Shown: piece by piece, positions 1 to 11,654 of the stretch
How the letters are laid out: each line of letters opens with the position of its first letter
Position numbering within the stretch: the first letter of the stretch is position 1
DNA from: Takakia lepidozioides
Taxonomy: Eukaryota; Plantae; Bryophyta
Assembly: GCA_030704615.1 (NCBI GenBank)
Contig: CM060731.1
Location: forward strand, 59,954,001-60,018,000
Reading direction: 5' to 3'
DNA length: 64,000 nt
Notes under the pieces: model-generated
What the model saw: only the letters and a program-made list of their open reading frames with translations
What the model was told of the DNA's origin: nothing
Database searches by the model: none
Translations under genes and position numbers: made by a program

Positions 1-844
1 CAGATCCAGCAAACTGAGCTTCTGCTGGGGCAGGCCAATCCACCCGCAAAGCCTCCCTTTCTGTCGATTCTGTCATTTCTAATTGCCAATGTAAGTACTA
101 ACCTGTTGATCTCTGTTTTTTTGCTATGGCAAGCATCGATTGGTCTCGCTATCTTGTGTTGCAAGAAGACGACATATGAAACTACAATAGTATCAATGTC
201 GCTGAAGTACACTTTCAACCTTGAGTAATGAAAGACTCCACCAAGGTGGGAGGCCTCTTCAATGACTTTCCATGGCTTGTTCTGACCTTGGGTCCATTTT
301 GCCGTATCTTTTGAGCTCTGCTCCAAAAGACAGCATCCTCTTGCTCAGGTCCTTGTACCATGCCAAAGAGGGCTGCAGGTCTTTTCTGTTCTCTGTACCT
401 TGAGATCCTGAGGCGTCCCATCGACGTACCAAACCACTTATCTTCTGCGGTTGTTTATTCTAAATCTCCTTTTTCCGAGAAAGGTCTGAGTTGTAGGCAT
501 GTTGTCCATCAGCAATCAGTACATCAAACTAGATTGTTCTTTGGTTGTGCACAAGCAGATTGGCAATTGTGCGAGTTTCCATACTCTGGAGGGCAGAAAC
601 CCTGCACAATCGATAACGGACTCACGCTTTTATTGTATGTTTCGCTAAGCTTGCCCCAGTTTCGCCTGTAGGTTTTGCATCACCCCTTCGTGCATTTAGT
701 GGTGGCACCAAGGTAATACGTTTTCTCTGTTAATCAAAAGGGGAAATAGTTTTGCACTAAAACTCTTGATGTGGGGGGCCTTGCGTACATCTGTTCATAG
801 AAGAAGTTTGGTAGTGAGGCGGACATCAGTGAAAGGAACAATCT

Positions 845-1116
845 TGTGAGCACCTTTGTCAAGTGTGGACGACACAAAGTACTGGCAAAACAGTCTAATG
901 GAAAGTGGTCCCATGAAATGCTATGATTGCAGGATATGCACATCAAGGGCTTGGGGTAGAGGTGTTGTCAAATTTAACAAATAGCCCTGAGGCCAAACAA
1001 GGTAACCTTCATCATCATCCTCCACATGTTCATGTGCAGCTTGACCTTGTCAGCATCTATGTCAAGTGCGTCAGATTATTGCAGTGTATCGCAAGATATA
1101 TATCTTCTGGTAGGCA
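845..1116 (+). pseudogene. Decayed upstream PPR motifs of the first DYW-PPR gene
   Basis: Out-of-frame PPR-like peptides VSTFVKCG, VVP*NAMIAGYAHQGLGVEV and LVSIYVKC, broken by stops and frameshifts, lie directly upstream of the long ORF. Confidence 0.7.
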
Positions 1117-3309
1117 TTGGTTGCAGGATATGCTCACCAAGGGCATGTTGAAGAGCCATGCAAAGTACTTCTGGGAGCAGGTATGAAGCCCAACAAGTAC
1201 ACATTTATTAGTATCCTAAGGACATGCAGCAATCAAGCAGCTATGAAACATGGCAAGAGAATCCATGCCCAGATAATCGAAGCTGGATTTGAGTCAGATA
1301 TCCTTGTGGGGAATGCACTCATCAGCATGTACGCAAAGTGTGGGAGTGTGGTGACCTCCCGCCAAGTGTTTGACCAAATGCCTCAACGAGACGTGGTCTC
1401 ATGGACTGCAATGATTGGAGGATATGCTCAACAAGGGCTTGGTCAAGAGGCATTTGAACTCTTTTGGAAAATGCAGCAAGAACTTGTGATGCCAAACAGG
1501 GTCACCTTTTGTAGTATCCTCAAGGCATGCACAGCTATGGAACAGGGCAAGCAGGTCCATGCATACATCATGCAAGCAGGATATGAGTCAGATGTTCTTG
1601 TGGGAAATGCCATTGTCAGCATGTATGCCAGGTGTGGGAGCATGGTGGATGCACGTCAAGCGTTCGAAAAAATACCTGAAAAGAATGTGGTCTCCTGGAA
1701 TGCAATGATCGCAGGATGTGCTTACCAAGGGCATCATGTAGAAGCATTTGAACTATTCTCAGAAATGAAACAAGTGGGCATGAAGCCAAATAAGATCACA
1801 TTCATGAGCATCCTCAACACCTGTACTAGCCCCTCAGCGGTGGTGCAGAGCAAGCAGATCCATGCTCACATAATTGAAACTGGATTGGAGACAGATGTCG
1901 CTGTGGGAAATGCCCTTGTCAGCATGTACGCCAAGTGTGGGAGTGTTTTGAGTGCGCTACAAGTTTTCCACAAAATGCCTCATCGAGATGTTGTTTCATG
2001 GACTACCATAGTGGACATGTATTGCAAGTGTGGAAGTTTGGTGGATGCACGCCAAGTGTTTGACAGAATGCCTAGTAAAAATGTGGTATCATGGACTGTG
2101 ATGATTGGAGGATATGCTCAGCATGGTCATGGGGTGGAGGCTGTTAGACTCTTCCGGAAAATGCAACTACAAGGTGTGCAGCCTAACAAGATAACTTTTA
2201 TGAGCATCCTCAATGCCTGTGCAAGCCTGGCAGCTGTAGAAGAGGGCAAGCAGGTCCACTCCAAAATTATCAAGGCTGGATTTGAGACAGACATCCGTCT
2301 GGTAAATGCCCTAATTCACATGTATGCCAAGAGTGGAAGTGTTGTGGATGCACGCCAAGTGTTTGACAAACTATCTAAAAGGGATGTGGTGTCATGGACT
2401 GCGATGATTTTGGGATATTCTCAGCAAGGGCATGGCAAAGATGCTCTGCAACTTTTCAAAGAGATGCAACAGCAAGGGGTGAAGCCAAATGATGTTACAC
2501 TCCTTGCAGTTCTGTCTGCATGCAGCCATATGGGCCTAGTAGATGAAGGACAACACTATTTCCATTCTATGAGTAGAGATTATAGAATCATTCCAACAGG
2601 AAAACATTTTGGCTGCATGGTTGACCTTCTTGGCCGTGCAGGGCGCTTGGATGAGGCAGAGAATTTCATCAACAGAATGCCAATTAAACCAGATGCTTTA
2701 GTGTGGGGGGCTTTACTTGGTGCCTGCAGAATACATGGCAATGTGAAGCTAGCAGAGCGTGCTGCAGAATGTTGTCTCAAATTGGAACCACAAACTGCTG
2801 CAGTTTATGTACTGCTAGCAAATATTTATGCTGCGGCTGGTAGGTGGGATGATAGGGCAAAGGTGAGAAGAATTATGAACGACAGAGGTGTGCAAAAGGA
2901 GCAAGGACGCAGCTGGATAGAGGTCAAGAATCAGCTACATGTATTTGTTGCAGAAGATACATCACATTCGCAAACCAATAAGATCTATACGGAGTTGGAA
3001 AGATTGATGAGGCTGATGAAGGAGGCCGGATATGTGCCTGACACGTCCGTTGTGTTACATGATATGGATCAGCAGAAGAAGCTATGGTCTGTCTGCCACC
3101 ACAGTGAAAAGCTGGCCATTGTTTTTGGGCTCATCAGTACGCCATCTGGGACAACCATTCGCATCATCAAGAACCTCCGGATCTGTGGTGACTGTCACAC
3201 TGCCACCAAGTTCATCTCCAAGATTGTTGGACGAGAAATCATCATAAGGGATGCCAATCGCTTTCATCAGTTCAAGGATGGGGTATGTTCTTGTGGGGAT
3301 TATTGGTGA
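1117..3309 (+). CDS. PLS-class PPR protein with E and DYW cytidine-deaminase domains (organellar C-to-U editing factor); 5' end uncertain
   Basis: Intronless ORF of P-L-S triplets (VVSWTAMIGGYAQ, NALISMYAKCG), one SS motif, P2-L2-S2, E1/E2, HSEKLA...CGDCH zinc ligands and terminal DYW. The ORF track starts at TTG; the first in-frame ATG is 1183. No targeting peptide is visible. Confidence 0.92.
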   Translation: MVAGYAHQGHVEEPCKVLLGAGMKPNKYTFISILRTCSNQAAMKHGKRIHAQIIEAGFESDILVGNALISMYAKCGSVVTSRQVFDQMPQRDVVSWTAMIGGYAQQGLGQEAFELFWKMQQELVMPNRVTFCSILKACTAMEQGKQVHAYIMQAGYESDVLVGNAIVSMYARCGSMVDARQAFEKIPEKNVVSWNAMIAGCAYQGHHVEAFELFSEMKQVGMKPNKITFMSILNTCTSPSAVVQSKQIHAHIIETGLETDVAVGNALVSMYAKCGSVLSALQVFHKMPHRDVVSWTTIVDMYCKCGSLVDARQVFDRMPSKNVVSWTVMIGGYAQHGHGVEAVRLFRKMQLQGVQPNKITFMSILNACASLAAVEEGKQVHSKIIKAGFETDIRLVNALIHMYAKSGSVVDARQVFDKLSKRDVVSWTAMILGYSQQGHGKDALQLFKEMQQQGVKPNDVTLLAVLSACSHMGLVDEGQHYFHSMSRDYRIIPTGKHFGCMVDLLGRAGRLDEAENFINRMPIKPDALVWGALLGACRIHGNVKLAERAAECCLKLEPQTAAVYVLLANIYAAAGRWDDRAKVRRIMNDRGVQKEQGRSWIEVKNQLHVFVAEDTSHSQTNKIYTELERLMRLMKEAGYVPDTSVVLHDMDQQKKLWSVCHHSEKLAIVFGLISTPSGTTIRIIKNLRICGDCHTATKFISKIVGREIIIRDANRFHQFKDGVCSCGDYW

Positions 3310-4430
3310 TGCTAAATGAAACAAGTGACAAATTGTCTGCCCTTTTGCTGGGCATGATTATGATGTTCTTGTGTGAATAATGAAGTATTTGTCTCAGAAT
3401 CCTGAGGCTCTGAAGCAAAAGCCTGGTTCCAGTTGAGAGTTTCGGAAGTGGAAGCACAAAAGAAGCTTGTTAAAGGACTTGTGTGCTTAAGAGAGTGAAA
3501 GAGAATAATCGTTAGATTATGTTTCCAGTTACAAGCCATTCTAACTACGTAGAGACGGCGGGAATCAGGCCGAGCAAATGGCAATGATGCGAATGGCCAA
3601 GATCTTGGTGTGAGGCACTAATTATGCAGGCTCATGTTTCAGTGGAATCAGGACAGGCTCTTTCAACTTTCAAGAGTGGTAATTGACTGAGATTGCTCAT
3701 TTTGGAGCACCTACTGGTTTGCTATCACCTCAAACCAACCATGCTGTGGCTGTGGCTGTGGCAATGGCTGGGACCAGTGGCGGCATTCAAAAGATGTCGT
3801 CTCTACACTAACTTCTCTCTGACATCTTTTGATCTTCGTCCTGTATGATACTGATCTGAGGGCAGACCTGTTAATCCGAAGTGGGCAGCATTTGTCCAAA
3901 AATGTTTTCTGAGTGTCTGAATCTGACGGCATGTAGAACTCCAGGGTCCATTAGGTCACAGATTAAGTCACTGTTGAGAAGGTTGGAGGTGGTCATCAGC
4001 TGAAAGCAACACAGTTGGGTCATGTATCTTTAGCACTAGTTCATCCTCTTTACACACTCCAATCATGAAACTGATCAGCTCCACCTTTAGCAATGACATC
4101 TCTCTTGAACTAGCAACCTCTGGCAATGAAGCACATGCACTTACGAGGGAGAGAAAAGAAAGAACCTCTATGACATCCTTGGAAAGCTCAAAGGATACAA
4201 TGTGGGGCTCTCAACAAGCAGCTCAAAAATAGCTAATCAACTTACACGATTCTCAAAGGTGAAAAGTTTCAGATGCAGTCATACTGCAAACATTTCTGGT
4301 AGTCAGTGAAGGACCAAAAGTGAGGAAAGAGATATGTGTATCACGTCTGTGGGATTCCTAAAGGGCCAAAAGGAGTAGAACAACAAACAAAGAACCATAG
4401 AAGGGCCCACAAAGAGTCAGAGAACTACTC
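3107..4430 (+). repeat. DYW tail plus 3' flank, present three times (also about 15002-16350 and 31146-32494)
   Basis: Near-identical sequence read directly, e.g. gatgctaaatgaaacaagtgacaaattgtc and ggagtagaacaacaaacaaagaacca. The ORF track repeats the same peptides at all three sites. Confidence 0.95.
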
Positions 4431-4442
4431 AAGGCGGTTCAT

Positions 4443-4560
4443 TGTTGCAACTGGCCCCACCATCTGACCTTGAATTTATCTCGTAGGGAGCTTAAGGAAG
4501 GAATGCCAAACTCGCCCCGAACAGCCACATTGGCTGTTTTGGAGCATGTTGACATGCACA
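4443..4560 (-). mobile_element. Small fragment of the same LINE family as 22802-27193
   Basis: Closely matches about 23580-23695 (ccccaccatctgaccttgaa...gagcatg). Confidence 0.85.
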
Positions 4561-4934
4561 TGAAAACCGAGTCAAGGGCTTGGTGTCAATTGTGCTAAGA
4601 GATCAGCTCGTGAGTCTAGGTAACCCTCCACCTGATTGTGAAAAAGAAGACATTCCGAGTCATTTTCTTATCCAAGCATATATTAACCATGATAGATGAG
4701 ACCTTTAGTTTTTGGATGGATAATAGACAAGGCCGCTTTTAAGGACATTGACCATCCTAACAAGGACTACCTCTCATTTGCTCGAAGCCTGGACTGCAAT
4801 AAGACATTGAGGATATGAACTGTTCAAGCATTACACAAAGTGAAAGAAAGAAAGAAACTGTATGATGTCCACTGAAGCTTACAGAACAAGCCTGCATAAC
4901 AGGCCAACCAATGAGAACATGGGGCTGGAAGTAC

Positions 4935-5557
4935 CTGAAGCAGGATGCCCTTGCCCGTCAATCCCTCCACAACAATGCCAGCTGTCAGTCCTAGCATTGC
5001 CCATTCTCCGTTAATTGCTTCAATCTCACTGCTTCAATCTCACGGCATCTCTGCATCCCAGAACGTCATGATGAAAAGACACCAGTATCTGCCTTTCTCT
5101 CAACGGGACCAAATACTTTTGTACTTTCTCCCTCTTTAAGGCATCATAGATGTTTCATGAAGTGGCCATTTCTTTGTTCTACGCTGCCCCATAGGCCTTT
5201 GTGGCCCTCTGGACATTGGTAAAGTTTCTTTCCTTCTTTCTCCTGACTCCAGTCTCTTTCATAATCATCTATCCTCAAGTTGCACCCATGAAGTGGGACT
5301 GCATTATGTGCTCTGCAGATGTTGGCGCTATAATAACAGCTCAGAGGTTGTTAGATCACAGATTTCAAAGTGCTGAGAGTACCTGGAATTTTGCGCGGGC
5401 TTCCAGCAACCTCCATTCTTCAGCAGTCAAGTGCTTTGCCTCCAAGGGATCCACCATGTTAACCACCTTTGGCTCTCTTCTTGATCCTCCCAATGTGCCA
5501 TTTACTTTTCCCTGGATTCCAATTAAACCAGACCTTCTTTAATGAACATGTAACTGC
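4935..5557 (-). pseudogene. Small thylakoid-type protein with one LHC (chlorophyll-binding-like) helix; two exons (about 5557-5383 and 5050-4935), frameshifted
   Basis: The minus strand encodes VVNMVDPLEAKHLTAEEWRLLEARAKFQ|gt and ag|RCREIEA...INGEWAMLGLTAGIVVEGLTGKGILLQ|gt, matching the ExxNGxxAMLG...E..TG.GI LHC motif. A 14-bp tandem duplication (5016-5043) shifts the frame. Not in the ORF track. Confidence 0.75.
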
Positions 5558-6309
5558 CTGTGTAGTATTGATTGCAAGCTGTTACAACTCAGTGGAGTCC
5601 ACTCATCTTGCATTGAGGTTTTAAAGAAATGCAAGTTCTCTCACGGCATAACGATCTGGGACTTACTGTACCATTCATTGTGATGATAACCATGCCGCAT
5701 GCCTTTCCCAGTATCGTGCATGCATGCATCCTGAGAAGAGGAAAAGCTCGAGTCTCAACGCAGTAACTACTCTGATATAGAAAAATCAATTAACCAAGTT
5801 CCTCTGCTGCATACGATATTCAAACTTTGTCCACATCAACCCATAGTTATTAAATGTAGCTCCATCCTAGCAAATCTTTCATATTGGAGACACTCACAAG
5901 CAAGACAGACAGGAGAGAGAAGTGGGTCTATGGGCATATCAGAATTACAAGAGCACACCAAAAGACTGGAGATTTGTTCCATCTATGCACCTTTGGTACA
6001 GATGGTGAAGAGAGGCAAAGGCCGTGTGGGGAAGTACATACATCAACTCCCCCAACTGCACGAACTATTGGGCCCCTTGTTCTCTTCCATGGTATGCTCT
6101 GCCCCAATCCAAACACCCTGAATTCTCCATTGTTGCTACTGCAGCCTGCTTTCATTCACATCAACAGCATGTCAAGGGCATCACAAGAACTTCCTATAGG
6201 AAATGTGACAGTTTATGGGAGAGGAGATATGTCAAGCATATCTTCATTTACCGGGAAAGATGATAACCCCATCCCCACCTCACAGCCAACAATCTCCACG
6301 ACTTCAGAC

Positions 6310-6460
6310 TTTCATATGTCAGCATGCACCTGTTTTGACCTTCTGGCAGGCTGGCCCACACCACTCTTAACACAAACGGACATGACCTGGTCAAATGTCC
6401 CCCTTTTCAGCCTCAACGACACTCCTGTGCTGGGTATATCCTGCAGTCATTGCTCTCAAT
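6310..6460 (-). pseudogene. Degenerate PPR remnant
   Basis: The minus strand reads AMTAGYTQH...SKQVHADI*, pieces of P and L motifs. Confidence 0.45.
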
Positions 6461-6775
6461 GACACATCTTACATAGCATATTGCTGAACACTCAAATTGT
6501 ATTCTTCATGCTGCATTGTCTTATCTGACTGAATATTGGAGGTTCTCATCTAAATTCCTCAAATTTGATTGCCCACAAACTCTAACAGAGTTTGGAGAAT
6601 GAATGGATGAATCGCCTTTGTATATCATTGATTTAATTTGCCTCAGTCAGATTTAGGGGGAACATGAACAGCACATACTCTGCCTTCGCATTCATTCCGT
6701 AGAAAATTGAGGCTGTCCATACATGCCAAGAACTTTCCAGTTGAATGCAACACTCTTTCATGCAAGTTGCTCAAT

Positions 6776-9085
6776 TCACCAGTACTCCCCACAAGAACAC
6801 ACTCCACCTTCAAAGTGGTGAAAGCGGTTGGCATCCCGTACAACAATTGCTCGCCCAACAATCTTTGAGATGAACTTGGTTGCTGTGTGGCAGTCACCAC
6901 ACACACGAAGGTTCTTGATGATACGGAGAGTAGTGCCAGGGGACGTGCTGATGAGCCCAAAGGCAATGGCCAGCTTCTCACTGTGGTGACAAAGAGAAAA
7001 CTGCTTTTGCTCATCTTCCAGATCATGCAACACAAAGCGTGTGTCAGGTACATACCCCGCTTCCTTCATCTGCCCATACAATCTAGTCAGCTCACCATGG
7101 ATTTCCTCAATTTGTGGATGCCATTTGTCGTCTACAACGAATGTGTGCACCTTGTTCTCAACCTCAATACAGCAGCGACCTGCCTCCTTTCTAACACGTT
7201 TGGCATACATCATCTTTCTCACCTTTGCAGTATCCTCCCACCTGCCAGCGGCAGCATAGATGTTTGACAGTAGCACATAAGTTGCGGCATCCTGTGGATC
7301 CCACTTGAGAAGGCATTTTGCCGCTCGCTCTGCCACCTTCACATTGGCATGCATTCTGGAGGCACCAAGCAAGGCACCCCACACAGGCACACCTGGTTCA
7401 ATGGGCATTTTGTTGACAAAATCCTCCGCCTCATCCACTCGCCCTGCACGGCCAAGAAGGTCTACCATGCAGCCAAAATGCTCCCCTGTAGGATTGAGGC
7501 CATGATCTCGACTAAGGGAATCAAAGTAGTGTCTGCCTTCATCCACTAGGCCCACATTGCTACATGCAGAGAGAACACATATAAATGTGATACCATTCGG
7601 CGTCAACCCTTCCTGTTGCATTTGTTCAAATAAATCCAGGGCCTCCCTACCACACCCATGCTGGGCATATCCTGCAATCATCGCACTCCATGAGATCGCA
7701 CTCCTTTGAGGCATATTGTCGAACAGTGTACGTGCATGAGTTATGCTCCCACATTTGGCATACATATCAACAAGGGCAGTGTCCAGAACAATATCTGACT
7801 CAATGCTGGCTTTCATGATGTCAACATGGATCTCTTTGCCCTTTTCCAGGGCTGCCAGGCTGGCACAAGCATTTAGAACAGAAACGAACGTGGCCTGGTT
7901 AGGCCTCACACCCTTCCTAATCATATGCTCATAGGTCTCCAAAGCCTCTCGACCACACCCATACTGAGAGTATCCTGCAATCATCGCATTCCATGAGACC
8001 ACATCTCTTTCAGCCATACCGTCAAACACTTGACATGCGTCCTTTATGTTTCCGCATTTGGCATACATGGCAACAAGGGCAGTGTCCAGAATGATATTTG
8101 GCACAATTCCAGCTTCAATGATGTCCGCATGAATCTTTTTGCCCTTCTCCAGGGCTCCTAGGCTGGCACAAGCATTGAGAATGCAAACGAATGTGACCTG
8201 ATTGGGCCTTATCCCTTCCCCTATCATGTTCTCATAGGTCTCAAAAGCCTGCCTACCACACCCACGCTGAGCATATCCTGTGATCATCGCATTCCATGAA
8301 ACCACATTTCGTTGGGCCATATTGTCAAACACTTGATGCGCATCTGTCATGCTTCCGCATTTCGCATACATGGAAGCAAGGGCAGTGTCCAGCTTGACAT
8401 CTGAGTCAACTCCAGCTTTGATGAGACCAGTATGGACCCGTTTGCCCTTCTCTAGGGCTCCTAGGCTCGCACAAGCTGTGAGAGCGCAAATGAACGTGAC
8501 CCTGTCAGGAGGCCCGTCTTCCTGTAACATTTGCTCATAGATCTCCAAGGCCTCTCTACCACACCCATGCTTCACATAGCCTGCCATCATTATATTCCAC
8601 GTAAAAATATCTCGTTCAGGCATTTTATCAAACACCAGGCGTGCATCTACAACGCTCCCACACTTGGCATACATGTTGATGAGGGTGTTGTGTAGGAAGA
8701 TGTTTTGCTTTAATCCGCTTTTGATGATGGTGGCGTGCACCCGCTTTCCCTCTGCTAGGCCTTTGATCTTGAGGCACTCCTGCAAGAGACAGATGTAAGT
8801 ATTGTAATCCACCGAAATTCCTCCTTGATCCATTAACTGCACAGCCTCTTTCAATTGTCCTGCTTTGGATAGTGTCCTCACATCCCCACAAGTGCCAGCA
8901 CTAGGGTGGACTCCCTCTCTTCGTCCTCTTTGAGAAGCAGTCATTATGGTGGAGGTTCTTGATTCCAACAACTGTGCTGCCACTGCTTCCAGTTGACCAT
9001 CAACCCGTACAGGTTTGCTGTAGTTATCAATCCACATTGCCTTGTTGCTACTCTTGTGGTTGAAATCTTGTCCTCTTGGATGCAT
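6776..9085 (-). CDS. PLS-class PPR-E-DYW RNA-editing factor ending in EYW
   Basis: Intact ORF with about 14 L/S/P motifs, E domains, [11 protein letters not shown]...CGDCH and terminal CSCGEYW. First ATG at 9085; it is preceded by cag, so an upstream exon is possible. Confidence 0.95.
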   Translation of the reverse strand: MHPRGQDFNHKSSNKAMWIDNYSKPVRVDGQLEAVAAQLLESRTSTIMTASQRGRREGVHPSAGTCGDVRTLSKAGQLKEAVQLMDQGGISVDYNTYICLLQECLKIKGLAEGKRVHATIIKSGLKQNIFLHNTLINMYAKCGSVVDARLVFDKMPERDIFTWNIMMAGYVKHGCGREALEIYEQMLQEDGPPDRVTFICALTACASLGALEKGKRVHTGLIKAGVDSDVKLDTALASMYAKCGSMTDAHQVFDNMAQRNVVSWNAMITGYAQRGCGRQAFETYENMIGEGIRPNQVTFVCILNACASLGALEKGKKIHADIIEAGIVPNIILDTALVAMYAKCGNIKDACQVFDGMAERDVVSWNAMIAGYSQYGCGREALETYEHMIRKGVRPNQATFVSVLNACASLAALEKGKEIHVDIMKASIESDIVLDTALVDMYAKCGSITHARTLFDNMPQRSAISWSAMIAGYAQHGCGREALDLFEQMQQEGLTPNGITFICVLSACSNVGLVDEGRHYFDSLSRDHGLNPTGEHFGCMVDLLGRAGRVDEAEDFVNKMPIEPGVPVWGALLGASRMHANVKVAERAAKCLLKWDPQDAATYVLLSNIYAAAGRWEDTAKVRKMMYAKRVRKEAGRCCIEVENKVHTFVVDDKWHPQIEEIHGELTRLYGQMKEAGYVPDTRFVLHDLEDEQKQFSLCHHSEKLAIAFGLISTSPGTTLRIIKNLRVCGDCHTATKFISKIVGRAIVVRDANRFHHFEGGVCSCGEYW

Positions 9086-9850
9086 CTGCACCCCCACTTT
9101 ATCCTGCCTCCTTCAGCTACCCACTGTCACAATCTTCCAGCCCACATCACAGAAAGTGTGGGATGGAAAAGACTTCCAAGAGAGCACATTCAGATCCTAA
9201 CAACGTATTCACCTACATCCTGCGTGTCTACAATTCAATATAGGGGAAACTGAAGACAAAAATAGAGCCCATATGGGATGAAACTGGGTAACAGACACTA
9301 TAATTGGTTCTAGTGGGTGGGCTGGAAAACACAACGAAGAAAGAAAAGCACAACATTACAAGTAAAAAAAGAGAGAGACGATAATCATGTTCTTCCTCCA
9401 TGCATTAAAGCCATGGGCAATAGAGGGACAAAAAATGTACATGGATGCAATTTTGTATCACCAATGATTTTGGGAGGCGTGGAATCCTTACCTCAATCCA
9501 CTTGGTAAGGTTTGGTCGCCCAACTGTAATGTCATAGTTCATAATCCCGGACAAAAAGACTTCAAAACGTTCCATAAATGGCGCATATGCAACATCCACC
9601 TGGCATCAAAGCAATGGACAGGGAGGATCATGAAGTCTGGAATAATATTCACCTCACAAGCCAGCAGCGATAACCACTTAGACTTAGCCCTCTCCTTCTG
9701 AGGTTCCGGTGGACATTACAGAGTTCCTCGCTTCCTGGTGTCTCTAAGATGAAACCACCCCAGATCAAGTTTAAAAAAATACACCACGATTAGAACCGTG
9801 GGAAATCTCTTAACCTTTGCTCTGCTCTCTCTCTCCCTCTCTGTGCTCCT

Positions 9851-11120
9851 TGATCATTGGGAGGAAACTAATTGTCTGTGGTAGAGCTGTTAATTGGTGG
9901 ACCAATGAGATTAAACTCAAGATAGCTGAGAGACGAGTCCTCTATAAAGTGTGCTGCAATTTGAAAACCAACAAAGAATTGTGGGCGAGGTATTACCAGA
10001 TCCGGAAAGATATCAATCTGCTTGTAAGGTCTCAGAAGAAATTACATTGGGACAAGTTATACAGTGAAATAAACTCAAACCACCATGGTGGCAGTGATAA
10101 GAGATTCCGGTTGGCCCTTCAACATTTGTACAAGCCGAAAAACAGTCAGCAAGTACAAGCTCCGAAGACTACTAAGGGTGCAGTGGTGACGTCAACGGCT
10201 GTACCGTGGCATCCCGCTCCTCAATGCTGCTGGCAAGATATTTTGCAGAGTTATAAGTACTTGTCTCGAGGTTGATCTGGAATCTAGAGGTTGTTTCCAC
10301 GAAGGCCATGCGGGCTTTCCGAAACAGGGGCTGTGTGGATCATATCTTCACTCTAAGCCAGATTATCCAGGGAAGGAAAAAAGACGGGAAACCCACTTAC
10401 GTTTTTTTCCTGATGTCAAAAAGGCTTATGACACAGTGTGGAGGGATGACACAACTTTGGTGTGAGTATACAAGTTATGGACAACTCTCCACATCTTTCC
10501 CTTGATCCAACAAGACCTCATTGTTAATGGACAGAAGTCTAACTTCTTTGACATAGACCAAGATGTAGCTCAAGGATGTACTCTCTCCCCTCTGCTCTTC
10601 AATGTTTTCATCAATCACCTCGAGGATGTGGAAAGTGAGGGATTTGGGTTAAGGGTGGGTGATGCCACCATACCAGCCCTTATGTTTGCAGATGACTTTG
10701 CAGGCATAGGGGAGAAGCAACCCCACTTGAATGGAATCCACAGCGTCAGCCTGGTTGGAGTATCAACCCATATTGCAGATGCGTACTCCAAGGCAGGTCT
10801 AATAATGCGACACAGTAAGGTTTTCTTGACCTCAGAGTTTACCCCTCTGCAGTGGAAAAAATTAGTGAGACCCAGCGCTTTGCCCTTGCCAGTTTGAACA
10901 ACTTTCTGAATATGTGCATCCCAGTTACAGTTGGAGGAAAACTCAACGCCCAGATATGTGTAGGAAGGGAGGACTGGAATCTCTTGGCTACCCCACTGCC
11001 ACTTGAGATCACTTCCTCCCTCTCCTCTGTCGTTGGATGTCACCACTGCACATTTACTGAGTTAGCCTCTAGCCCCCACAGATCAAAGTATCTCTTCGCG
11101 CACTCAATCAACTTCTGGAG
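9851..11120. mobile_element. Deleted and internally inverted LINE fragment (same family as 22802-27193)
   Basis: 9851-10715 encodes IIGRKLIVCGRAVNWWTNEIK...QGCTLSPLLFNVFI...LMFADD on +. 10716-11120 encodes the next RT segment (CAKRYFDLWG...YTYLGVEF...IRPALEY) on -. Confidence 0.9.
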
Positions 11121-11654
11121 CTTGCCCCTGAATTTCAGTCAAAATCGGATCTTCAGCCATAATTCCCAGGTAACCGTCCATCCAGCTAGCATTTGCAGGC
11201 GAAATCGTATCACCCACAGGTGCAGTCAAAATGCTGTTGTGACCCGGAAGCTGGATAGCCGAGTCTGCATTTGCATCTATTTCAATTTCTGCACAATCCC
11301 CCAAGATTAGTTTAGAGATCAGAACCTTTGACACTTTGAGGTTGAATCGAGACGTTGGCCAGTAGGCAGTGATCCTGCTCTGTTCCACAGATCCTCCATC
11401 TTCTGAGGCAATTGGCATGACTGCATCACCATCCTCCTTGCTAAGTATCAAGCACGCAAATTGGGCCAGACCACCACGCAAGCACCCACCACTGTGGCAG
11501 GCCAGCAAGCTTCCCAGGTGTTAAGTGGATGGGGAACGGATGAATTGGCGGGGGACCCTGCACCTGGCCCTGCCACTAGCCTCCCCATACACTTCAAAAT
11601 TCTCCCGATAGTAAACTATCACCGGCCTGTGCTGCCCTGTGCGGCCAGGCAAAG

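Noticed and set aside
6776-7200. U-to-C (DYW:KP) editing factor
   Set aside because: It keeps HSE and a YW terminus; only the PG box is atypical.
1443-8891. Short ORFs overlapping the PPR genes
   Set aside because: They are antisense or alternate-frame shadows of repetitive PPR coding sequence.
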